In this document: piece by piece, positions 27,084-36,200 of the stretch
Position numbering within the stretch: the first letter of the stretch is position 1
Layout of the letters: each line of letters starts with the position of its first letter
Origin: an uncultured Christensenellaceae bacterium
GTDB lineage: Bacteria; Bacillota; Clostridia; Christensenellales; Pumilibacteraceae
NCBI GenBank assembly: GCA_910587025.1
Contig: CAJUKR010000003.1
Coordinates: forward strand, 116 to 64,115
DNA length: 64,000 nt
Direction: 5' to 3'
Position numbers and translations under genes: made by a program
Notes under the pieces: model-generated
Databases searched by the model: none
The model's input: only the letters and a program-made list of their open reading frames with translations
Told to the model about the DNA's origin: nothing

Positions 27084-28421
27084 ATGCCGATGCTCATGTT
27101 CTACCGCCTGGTTGTCATGGCGGAGTTGTTTACGGCGGAGTTTATGTTTGCGCTCCGTCTGCACAAAAGAAATCTTTTTTTATTGCGTTTCCTGCTTTGT
27201 ATGCTGGTAGGTTCGGCGTTTGTCGTCGTCCTGCCGCTTTTTTATAATGCGCTTTACACGTCTTTTGTGTTTTTTATGCTGTTTCTCATAACGGTGCCGA
27301 TGCTGAAATTTTGTTGCGACGAGGATTGGAAAAACATCTTTTTCTGCGCAATTGCGGCTTATACCATGCAACATTTCGCTTACGGCGTGGCGAGGATATT
27401 CACATCGCTCGTGACGGAAGGCGCAAGCCCCATCCTCGGAATGTATTTCGAAGGAGACATGAGTTTCGAGACTTTCAATCTGCAGACCGTGCTTGTGGGC
27501 GTGTTATACGTGTTCGCGTATTTTTTGTCTTATACGTTTTTCTGGTTTGTATTCATCAGAAAAATACGTCACGGGGAAAATTTCAGGATCAAAAACACGG
27601 GTATTATGGCTATCGTAGGCGTTGCGATCATAGTCGATATTTTCCTTAATTCCATAGTCGTTTATTACAGTACGGACGACGATATTCTTACCGTGCTGAT
27701 GAACATAATTTACGAAAACTTGTGTTGCTTCTTTTTGCTTTATATACAGTTCGGTCAGCTCAAAACCGGCGAGCTCGAAAACGAGCTGAATATTACGCAA
27801 CTTCTTCTGAAAGAAAAGGAAAGGCAGTACAGTTTGTCGAAGGAAAATATCGAACTCATAAACCTGAAGTGCCACGATCTGCGCCATCAGATCCGTTCCA
27901 TAGGTAAGGACAAGTCGTTGCCCGAAGAAGCCGTCATGGAAATAGAGAAATCGATCACGGTCTACGACTCGGCGGTCAGGACGGACAACGAGGTGCTCGA
28001 CACCATGCTTACGGAGAAAAGTCTGGTCTGTTCTTACAACGACATTGCGCTTACGTGCGTCGCGGACGGACACGCGCTCGAGTTCATGAACGCCGCCGAC
28101 GTGTATGCGTTGTTCGGTAACGCTTTGGACAATGCGATCGACGCGGTCATGCGGTTGGATCGGGAAAAACGCAATATAAGCGTCGTTGTCCGCAGTGTCG
28201 GCGATATGGTTTCGATCAATATATGTAATCAGTACGAAGGCGAGATAACGCTCGACGACGACGGATTTCCGATAACGACGAAGGAGGATCGGAATTTCCA
28301 CGGAATAGGGACGAAGTCCATGCGGAACATAGCCGAAAAGTATAACGGTATATGTTCGGTAACGCTCAACAACGGTACGTTCATACTGAATGTTCTGCTG
28401 TCGGGAAAGAAAACAGAATAG
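27084..28421 (+). CDS. AgrC/ComD-like (HPK10) membrane sensor histidine kinase with GHKL ATPase domain
   Basis: 445 aa with about 6 N-terminal TM helices. The H-box is 'CHDLRHQIRS', the N-box 'LFGNALDNAIDA' and the G-box 'FHGIGTKSM'. It starts 1 nt after the regulator stop. Confidence 0.85.
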   Translation: MPMLMFYRLVVMAELFTAEFMFALRLHKRNLFLLRFLLCMLVGSAFVVVLPLFYNALYTSFVFFMLFLITVPMLKFCCDEDWKNIFFCAIAAYTMQHFAYGVARIFTSLVTEGASPILGMYFEGDMSFETFNLQTVLVGVLYVFAYFLSYTFFWFVFIRKIRHGENFRIKNTGIMAIVGVAIIVDIFLNSIVVYYSTDDDILTVLMNIIYENLCCFFLLYIQFGQLKTGELENELNITQLLLKEKERQYSLSKENIELINLKCHDLRHQIRSIGKDKSLPEEAVMEIEKSITVYDSAVRTDNEVLDTMLTEKSLVCSYNDIALTCVADGHALEFMNAADVYALFGNALDNAIDAVMRLDREKRNISVVVRSVGDMVSINICNQYEGEITLDDDGFPITTKEDRNFHGIGTKSMRNIAEKYNGICSVTLNNGTFILNVLLSGKKTE

Positions 28422-28427
28422 GACGAT

Positions 28428-28451
28428 AAACAGCCCGTTCGGGCTGTTTTT
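28428..28451 (+). terminator. intrinsic terminator after the kinase gene
   Basis: AAACAGCCC-GTTC-GGGCTGTTTTT. Confidence 0.8.
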
Positions 28452-28565
28452 GCTCTGCGGCGAAATTTTTTATGTATAATTCTCTCGAGAGACGCGAATT
28501 GCGCAGTTCCGCTCTTACCTCCCCGTAAATGCATGTTATACGGGAGAAAGATAAAAGGAGAATTT

Positions 28566-28841
28566 ATGAAAAAAGATGAGTTTATCAAAAAAATGCCGTG
28601 GGGAATAATCGCGGGGATATGTGCGATGTCGGTTTTTTTTCTGACAGCCGCAATGATAATCCTGTTTTTTGTTCTCGACGGCGTTGCCGCACAGACCAAT
28701 ACGACTGCGGGGCTTTTCAGCGAATGGTATCAGACGTTCATTTTTGTCTTTGACATCATATTCGCGCTTGGTCTGATCGGCTCGGTCGTAATGTATTTTT
28801 TGCGGCAGAAAATGCGAAACGAAGGAGGAGCGATAGTATGA
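28566..28841 (+). CDS. small two-TM membrane protein (91 aa), unknown function
   Basis: ATG at 28566 behind AAAGGAG. There are two hydrophobic helices. The stop overlaps the GH3 start (ATGA), implying translational coupling. Confidence 0.6.
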   Translation: MKKDEFIKKMPWGIIAGICAMSVFFLTAAMIILFFVLDGVAAQTNTTAGLFSEWYQTFIFVFDIIFALGLIGSVVMYFLRQKMRNEGGAIV

Positions 28842-31825
28842 AAGATAAACTGTTTCAGCGTTCCGTGTGGACGTTACTGACTTGCTTTTTCGCGTTTATA
28901 CTTCTCATCGTTCTTATTACTTCGTCGATAGCTTCCGCATATTCGATGTTCGTCGATCAGTTCTTCGACGTATCGCGTTACATACTCGTTCAGGATGAAG
29001 CGGCGGAGCAGGCGGATACGCAGTACTTCAAGTCGGATTTCGCGAAAAAAGATGCGGACGGCAATCTGATATTGAATAAAACTTCGAGCGGAATAGAGAA
29101 GCAGATCATCGACGAAGCGGCGACCGACGCTTATGCGACCGATGTGAGCGAGAGGGTGAACGAAGAGGGCATGGTTCTTCTCTGGAATAAAAACAACGCG
29201 CTTCCTCTCGCGAAAAATTCGAAGGTCAGCAACTTCGGATTGGGTTCGATTTCGTGGATCTATCAGAGTATCGGAAGCAGTCGCGTTTCTATGTACGAGA
29301 ATATTCCCGATTTGCCGACTTCGCTCCGAAGCAGAGATTTGCAGGTAAACGACAAACTGCTCGAAATGATCAAAATGGGAAGCACCGATCTCGGTTACAC
29401 GATAGGATCGGGAAAAACAAACGAAATGCCGTGGGACGAATACAGTCCCGCATCGATAAACAGCGTTTCCGAATACGGCGACGCGGCTATATTCACCGTC
29501 GCGCGTTTCTACGGTGAAGGCGGCGACACCAACGACCATACGAATTTGAGCGAAGACGGCAGCGTTTTGTCTTTCAGCAAAAACGAACTCAGCGTGCTTG
29601 CCGGTCTGCAGAAACTCAAGAACGAAAACAAGATCGAAAAAATCATTCTGCTCATTGACAATACTTCGCCCATGTCGCTCAAGAACGTGGAAAAGTACGA
29701 TGTCGACGCGTGTATCTGGACAGGCTGGGGCGGCGCGGGAGCCTGCGACGCCATTGCCGATGTGCTTGTCGGTAATTCCAACCCGTCGGGGCATTTGACC
29801 GATACATGGGTGTACGACATCAAGTCCGCTCCGTCCAACGAGAATTTCGGTAATTTCACGTACAGATCGATCACGCAACCGATTCCCAACGGTAACGGCG
29901 ACGTTCCCACGAAATACGTCGTTTATCAGGAAGGCATCTATGTCGGATACCGTTATTACGAAACGAGATACGAAGATCTCGTTATCGGCGGCAGGAATGC
30001 GAATTCTGCGGCGGGGATCAAGTACGGCAAAGACAAGTGGAGTTACGGCGACGAAGTGGCTTACGCGTTCGGTCACGGCGAAAGCTATACCGACTTCGAG
30101 TACAGTGACTATTCGGTGAAAAAGAACGGCAGGAACTACGAAGTGACCATGACGATCAAGAACGTCGGATCGGTCGCCGGCAAAGACGTAATGCAGGTAT
30201 ATCTGCAGAAACCTTATACCGAATACGACAAGACGAACAAGATCGAGAAAGCATCGGCGGAGCTTGTCGGATTTGCGAAAACGAAGTTGCTCGAACCGGG
30301 TGAGAGCGATACGTTGACCGTAAACGTATCCGAATACGAGTTCAAGAGCTATGATTCGTACGGCAAAGGCACGTATATTCTCGAGAGAGGCGATTATTGG
30401 CTTGCGGCGGGCTTCGATGCTCACGATGCGGTCAATAACATCCTTGCAGCAAAAGGATACGACGAATCCCGCGGAATGGACGCAAAAGGCAACGCGAGTC
30501 TGACTTATAAGACTGTATACGGAAGCGATGATTACGACACGTATTCGGTATCGCCGTTTACGGGAGCGAAGATCGAAAACCGTTTCGACAACGCCGACGT
30601 AAACCGTTATGCGGGTATGGAAGGTCAGTCCGTGACCTATCTTTCCAGAAACAACTGGGCGGACACTTACAGCGGCGGAGTTACGCTTTCGCTTACCACG
30701 GAAATTCTGGCAAACGAATTGCAGTACGACAAGGAAGTTCCGAACGATCCGAACGACAAGATGCCGAAGTATAACACCGTAACGTCGGAGTACGGCAAAC
30801 TCAATCTTATACAGCTCATGGGTATACCGTATAACAATCAGCTTTGGGAAGATTTGCTCAATCAGACTACTTTCAAGGAACAGGTCAATCTGTGCCGTTC
30901 GATCGGCGCGGGCGCGACAAGCATATCCGCTCCCGGCGCTCCCGCAAGGGACGGTCCGTGCGGACTGGGCGGAAGCGGAGTTCAGCTTCCCGGCAATCCC
31001 ATCGTAGCGAGCACGTTCAACAAAGAGCTTGCCGAAGAACTCGGAAAGGCTTTCGGAATGGAATGTATGAAGCGCGGAACGGTCGGAATTTACGGCGTGG
31101 GCAACAACATACATCGCAGCGCATACGGCGGCAGATGCTATGAGTATTACAGCGAGGACAGCTTCCTTTCGGGCGTAATCGGTTCTGCGGCAAGCAAAGG
31201 ACTGAGATCGAAAGGAGTGATCCTTTATACCAAGCATTTTGCACTTAACGATCAGGAAACCAACCGTTCCGGAGTGGCTACATGGTCGAACGAACAGGCG
31301 ATCCGCGAGATATATCTGAAGTCGTTCGAAACGGGTATCACGGACGGATATACAAACGGGCTTATGACGTCGTATAACCGCATCGGCGGCACTTGGTCGG
31401 GTCAGCACAAAGGACTTCTGACCGACGTGCTTCGCGGCGAGTGGGGCTTCAAGGGAGTATGTATCACGGACGCGTGCGGCACAAACGCTTATATGGGCGG
31501 TCTTGACAGCATTCACGCGACGGCAATTCTCGCCGGGCAGGACACCTGGATGGGTAACTTCGCGGAGACGGCTTTGGATCAGTACAAAGACAACGCAACC
31601 GTCTGTCTCGCAATACGCGAAGTTGCGCACAGAAATCTGTATAACCAGCTTAACTCGTTCGCGATGAACGGAATGTCGACGACGACCCGAGTCGTGGAAA
31701 TTATGCCGGGATGGGAAATAGCGATCCTCGTTGTGGAAATCGTCTCGGGCGTATTCGCGGCGCTGTGCCTCGGAATGACGGTGGCATCGTGGATACTTTG
31801 GTATCGTAAAAAACAAACCGCATAA
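28838..31825 (+). CDS. glycoside hydrolase family 3 enzyme, domain-permuted, with N- and C-terminal TM anchors
   Basis: 995 aa. The barrel-domain motifs 'KHFALNDQETNR', 'SYNRIGGTW' and 'GFKGVCITDA' lie C-terminal to the sandwich domain and to the 'FGHGESYTDFEYS' junction. TM helices sit at about aa 10-35 and about aa 955-985. Confidence 0.88.
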   Translation: MKDKLFQRSVWTLLTCFFAFILLIVLITSSIASAYSMFVDQFFDVSRYILVQDEAAEQADTQYFKSDFAKKDADGNLILNKTSSGIEKQIIDEAATDAYATDVSERVNEEGMVLLWNKNNALPLAKNSKVSNFGLGSISWIYQSIGSSRVSMYENIPDLPTSLRSRDLQVNDKLLEMIKMGSTDLGYTIGSGKTNEMPWDEYSPASINSVSEYGDAAIFTVARFYGEGGDTNDHTNLSEDGSVLSFSKNELSVLAGLQKLKNENKIEKIILLIDNTSPMSLKNVEKYDVDACIWTGWGGAGACDAIADVLVGNSNPSGHLTDTWVYDIKSAPSNENFGNFTYRSITQPIPNGNGDVPTKYVVYQEGIYVGYRYYETRYEDLVIGGRNANSAAGIKYGKDKWSYGDEVAYAFGHGESYTDFEYSDYSVKKNGRNYEVTMTIKNVGSVAGKDVMQVYLQKPYTEYDKTNKIEKASAELVGFAKTKLLEPGESDTLTVNVSEYEFKSYDSYGKGTYILERGDYWLAAGFDAHDAVNNILAAKGYDESRGMDAKGNASLTYKTVYGSDDYDTYSVSPFTGAKIENRFDNADVNRYAGMEGQSVTYLSRNNWADTYSGGVTLSLTTEILANELQYDKEVPNDPNDKMPKYNTVTSEYGKLNLIQLMGIPYNNQLWEDLLNQTTFKEQVNLCRSIGAGATSISAPGAPARDGPCGLGGSGVQLPGNPIVASTFNKELAEELGKAFGMECMKRGTVGIYGVGNNIHRSAYGGRCYEYYSEDSFLSGVIGSAASKGLRSKGVILYTKHFALNDQETNRSGVATWSNEQAIREIYLKSFETGITDGYTNGLMTSYNRIGGTWSGQHKGLLTDVLRGEWGFKGVCITDACGTNAYMGGLDSIHATAILAGQDTWMGNFAETALDQYKDNATVCLAIREVAHRNLYNQLNSFAMNGMSTTTRVVEIMPGWEIAILVVEIVSGVFAALCLGMTVASWILWYRKKQTA

Positions 31826-31857
31826 TGCGAAATAAAACAAAGGAAGGTAAAATAATC

Positions 31858-33048
31858 ATGGAAAAAAGAAAATCAAGAATATTCGGTATTTTGTTATCCG
31901 TTATTACAATTATTTGTTGCATGGTCGCATTCTCCGCGTGCGGCGAAGATCCCGTAGATCCTCCTCCCGGATCGCAGCATGACCACACGTATTCTTCGGA
32001 CTGGTCGAAAGACGATACGGATCATTGGCACGCCGCGACCTGCGAGCATACGACCGAAAAGAAGGATAAAGCGTCGCATGATACGACAGGCGAAGGCGGT
32101 TCGTGCTCGGTCTGCGGTTACGCTCCCGCGGTGCACGAACATACGTACAATATGGACGCATGGACGATAGGCGCGGACACGCACTGGCATGCCGCGACCT
32201 GCGAACATACCGAAGAAAAAGCGGATGAAGTCGCGCATAACTACGGTTCGGTCGGTACGAACAAGGAATTTACCTGTTCGATCTGCGGCTACATAAAACC
32301 CCATACTCACAATTATGAAGCAAAATACGAGTATACGACCGTAACTCACTGGCAGAAGGCAACATGCTGTAAGGATCCCGAAGAGAGATATACTTCGATC
32401 GCAAAACACGATACGTCGGGCGCAGACGGTAAATGTTCCGTTTGCGGATATGTCGAAAGTTGGAATTACAGCGGAGACGATTGTATCGTATGTGCGGATT
32501 GCGGCGGATGTCTCAGAGAGGACGGCGGCGCGCATGCCGAGAAAGCGGGGCACAAGAAGTGCGGCGACGGACTCAAAGTAAACGAATTCGAGGCAGAAGA
32601 TGCCGTTCTGAAAGACGGCGCTTGGCCCGCCGGATTGTCGAACAGTAAAAAATATATGTGCACGTATCTCAGCGGTGTTCGCGGAAGCGGCGGCGTAGGC
32701 GTCACATACAACATTTCGTCGAGCAAGGAATGCACTGTGACCCTGAGAGTATGTTGCGGCAACGGTACCGACGGCGGTAAGTTTACCGATGAAATGAGCG
32801 TGCTCGTAAACGGCACGAGAATGGATTCGGGCGCTCTTATCGCACACAATACCAGAGGAACCGAGGACGCTAAGTGCTCGTTTGCATGGCTTACTATCGG
32901 TTGCATCAAACTGAGTGCGGGCGATAATCAGATCAGAATTATCGCTCAGGGCAAGGAGGGCGGCACAAACCTGGACAAGATAGCGCTTCTTACCGCTTCC
33001 GACGTTACGCTTACTTTCGAGAAAACCGACAATTCGTCCAAATTCTGA
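31858..33048 (+). CDS. surface lipoprotein with three Cys/His-rich repeats and a C-terminal CBM6/35-like carbohydrate-binding domain
   Basis: ATG at 31858 behind AAGGAAGG, with lipobox 'AFSAC'. Repeats span 31978-32451. The C-terminal roughly 150 aa ('NEFEAEDAVL...GDNQIRIIAQ...NLDKIALL') resemble a CBM6/35 beta-sandwich. Confidence 0.78.
   Translation: MEKRKSRIFGILLSVITIICCMVAFSACGEDPVDPPPGSQHDHTYSSDWSKDDTDHWHAATCEHTTEKKDKASHDTTGEGGSCSVCGYAPAVHEHTYNMDAWTIGADTHWHAATCEHTEEKADEVAHNYGSVGTNKEFTCSICGYIKPHTHNYEAKYEYTTVTHWQKATCCKDPEERYTSIAKHDTSGADGKCSVCGYVESWNYSGDDCIVCADCGGCLREDGGAHAEKAGHKKCGDGLKVNEFEAEDAVLKDGAWPAGLSNSKKYMCTYLSGVRGSGGVGVTYNISSSKECTVTLRVCCGNGTDGGKFTDEMSVLVNGTRMDSGALIAHNTRGTEDAKCSFAWLTIGCIKLSAGDNQIRIIAQGKEGGTNLDKIALLTASDVTLTFEKTDNSSKF
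31978..32451 (+). repeat. three tandem ~50-aa Cys/His-rich coding repeats
   Basis: R1 is 'HDHTYSSDWSKDDTDHWHAATCEHTTEKKDKASHDTTGEGGSCSVCGY'. R2 is 'HEHTYNMDAWTIGADTHWHAATCEHTEEKADEVAHNYGSVGTNKEFTCSICGY'. R3 is 'HTHNYEAKYEYTTVTHWQKATCCKDPEERYTSIAKHDTSGADGKCSVCGY'. Confidence 0.9.
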
Positions 33049-33135
33049 TAAGGTAGAAAGTATAATTCCCGTCTTACGGAAATCGGGTTGCGGCGACCGA
33101 AAAGGTTGTTTCGAAAACGGTTTACGTTTGCTCAT

Positions 33136-33167
33136 AAAGCACAGGCGACAAGCCTGTGCTTTTTTTT
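33136..33167 (+). terminator. intrinsic terminator after the lipoprotein gene
   Basis: AAAGCACAGGC-GACA-AGCCTGTGCTTTTTTTT. Confidence 0.85.
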
Positions 33168-33201
33168 GTGTTATTTTACGGACAAAATGAACGATAAGCC
33201 C

Positions 33202-33238
33202 GTCAAACGTTTGACAACCGGGGGGGGTAGTATACAAT
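33202..33238 (+). promoter_or_regulatory. promoter of the giant ABC gene with a G8 tract in the spacer and a 14-bp palindrome over the -35 box
   Basis: GTCAAACGTTTGAC is a perfect palindrome (33202-33215). TTGACA (33211-33216) is followed by ACC, G8 (33220-33227) and TAGTA, then TACAAT (33233-33238). The spacer is 16 nt. Confidence 0.55.
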
Positions 33239-33281
33239 GACTTCGTATAAGTAAATTATATTATTATAAGGAGATGATACT

Positions 33282-36200
33282 ATGTTATCTGTGAAAGATC
33301 TCGTCAAGGTCTATAAGACCAAAGGCGGAACGGAAGTCAGGGCGCTCGACGGCGTTACCGTCGATTTCCCGGAAAAAGGCATGGTATTCCTGTTGGGACG
33401 AAGCGGCTCGGGTAAATCTACTTTACTGAACGTCGCCGGCGGTCTCGACAAACCCGACAGCGGCGAAGTAATCGTCAAAGGCAAGAGCAGTAAGGATTTT
33501 TCCGGCTCCGACTTCGACAGTTACCGCAATACGTTCGTCGGTTTTGTCTTTCAGGAATACAATATCTTAAACGAGTTCAACATCGAGCAGAATATCGCGC
33601 TTGCGCTTCAGCTTCAGGGCAAGAAGAACGATAAAGCGGCGGTAAACGCTCTTCTCGAGCAAGTCGACCTCGTGGGAATGGGCAAGCGAAAGCCGAACAC
33701 TCTGTCCGGCGGTCAGAAGCAGAGAGTCGCGATAGCCAGAGCGCTCATAAAAGAGCCCGAAATAATCATGGCGGACGAGCCTACGGGCGCGCTCGACTCG
33801 AATACGGGTAAACAGGTGCTCGATACTCTCAAAAAGCTGTCCGAAACCAAACTCGTCATTATCGTTTCCCACGACCGTGAGTTTGCGGAACAGTACGGCG
33901 ACCGCGTAATAGAACTCAAGGACGGCAAAATACTTTCCGATTCGTCCAAGGCTTACGCCGCGCCTACGGCTGTGAGCGCGAACGTCAACGCGATAGGCGA
34001 AGACACCGTACGCGTAAAGGACTGGGGCAAGCTCACGCAGGAAGAGTTCAACAGCATTTATACGATGTTGAAAGGCAAAGGCGGCGAAGTCATAATCACG
34101 TCGTCCGAGTCGGATATGCCCGCGGTAAAACGCGCGTGCAAGATAACCGACGACGGCAAACGCGAATATTTTAAGGATACCGCGCCCGGATCGGTAGAAA
34201 CGAAATCTTACGACGGTTCGAAAACCAAATTCATAAAGTCGCATCTTCCCGTCGGTCATGCCGTAAAGATGGGTGCGAGCGGACTTAAGACCAAACCGAT
34301 ACGTCTGTTCTTTACCATACTTATTTCGATCATTTCGTTCACGATGTTCGGCGTGCTTTCGACGATGATGATGTACGATTCGGTATATTCTATCTCCGAA
34401 GCGTTGAGAGGCACGGGATATTCCACCGCTATGCTCGAGAAAACTTATCATGTGGTGCAAAACGAATACCGTGTGGACTCGAACGGCAACCGCGAACTTC
34501 AATACACCAGCGAAAACGATATTACCGATCGCATAAGTGCGGAAGAACTTGCGGCAATGAACGATAACGGCCGCAACATAAAATTCGCGGGAGTATTCGG
34601 CAAGAGCAATTATTCTTACAACAACTATCTCGGCAATCAGTCCTCTTCGTCGGACGGAGCGCAGAAGTATTATCCGAGCTCGGATTTCATAGGTTTCTCC
34701 GATTGCGGCGAAACGTTTATGTCCGCAAATAATTTCGTAAAACTTGCGGGAGATTATCCGACCGAAGCGAACGAAATAGCCGTTTCCGAGTACGTCTACA
34801 ATCAATTCAAAGACAAAGGTTTCAGAAGCACGAACGGTTCGTTGGTTCAGATCACCGATTACGATAAACTTATCGGAATGGAATTGAACGTATTTAACAG
34901 CTATTACGACAACGGTAATGCTCTGAAAATCGTCGGAATTTACAACGTCGGCGATTTGTCGAAATACAAAAGCATACTCGACGGTACGTATGCGGACAAG
35001 AACTCGAAAGAGTATAAGGTATTGGAAGCCGAATGCCGCGACGAAATAGCCCACGGTTTCCATTCGTTGGCTTTCGTTTCGGATACGTTCTACGACAAGC
35101 ACTCTTCGACGCTCACGGGCGGAAGCTCGAAGTATATAGAGACTCGTCATATGTACGGTGTCCGCGCAAGATCGGAGAAGGACGATTATTACAACGAAAA
35201 TATTTCCGAATATGATATGTGTTCGTATTATTCGGAAAAAACCGTAAGAAACAATGCGAGCGAGTTTACCGTTTATTCGAAAGACGGTACGCTCATAGAT
35301 TGCGGTGATTTTTCTTTGGGCGAAAACGATGCGTATATAAATATTCGATATCTTTCGAATGCGGCAAGATCGTTGGCGAATGCCAGTCGCAATATGGAGC
35401 GGTTTTACGATAATGACGGCAATGTAGTTTACGACGCGCGCGACGGTTGGAGCGAGGAGTCGTCGGGATTCTGGACGAATTACGCCGGAGACGTATCATT
35501 TACCGAGGTGCCCGGTTATGTTTATGCGGAAGAGCGAGAGATGTATATCCATAAAAACGGAGACTCCGCATCGTATTTCGATATCATAAATATGTACGAG
35601 CAGCGCGAATGCTATATGGATAGAAACGGCGAATATACAAGCATTCGTCCCGACGTCGATCATTTGCTTTACGGAAATTACGGTACGTATTATTCGGACG
35701 GCAACGGCAATTATTCGACGGAGAGAAAGGACGGTTGGGAAGAGCTGAACGGCGATTACTATCATCTCGGGTCGGATAGCTCCGTCGATCCCGGAACGGT
35801 TTACGTGGAGATTAAGGACGGATATTATGTCGGCGATGTTTATCTTTTCGTGAATGTCAACGATCCTACCGAAATCGTCGGAGATCGGTTTGACAACTGG
35901 CGTTCGATCAACGGATATTACGTATATGCGGATGGCAGAATGAGCTCTTTTATAGAGGACGGTTACAACTCTCGGGGTTCTTTCTACTTCGATTCGGATA
36001 CCGGGGAATTGTCGCTCGAGTATAAAAACGGTTATGAAAATTATAACGGCTTTTATATCGACGAAGAAGGAAACGCATCGGTTGATTATCCCGAAAACGG
36101 CGATTACACCTATAAGAAAGGAATATATATCAATGCCGACGGTGATCTGTCGTTTACGAAAAAGCCGGGATACGTTTTCCGTTCCGAATGGTTTTACAAT

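Noticed and set aside
28874-31840. A 988-aa minus-strand ORF antisense to the GH3 gene.
   Set aside because: It is the same codon-aligned shadow-ORF effect. The composition is Arg-rich and there are no recognisable motifs. The sense strand encodes an unmistakable GH3.
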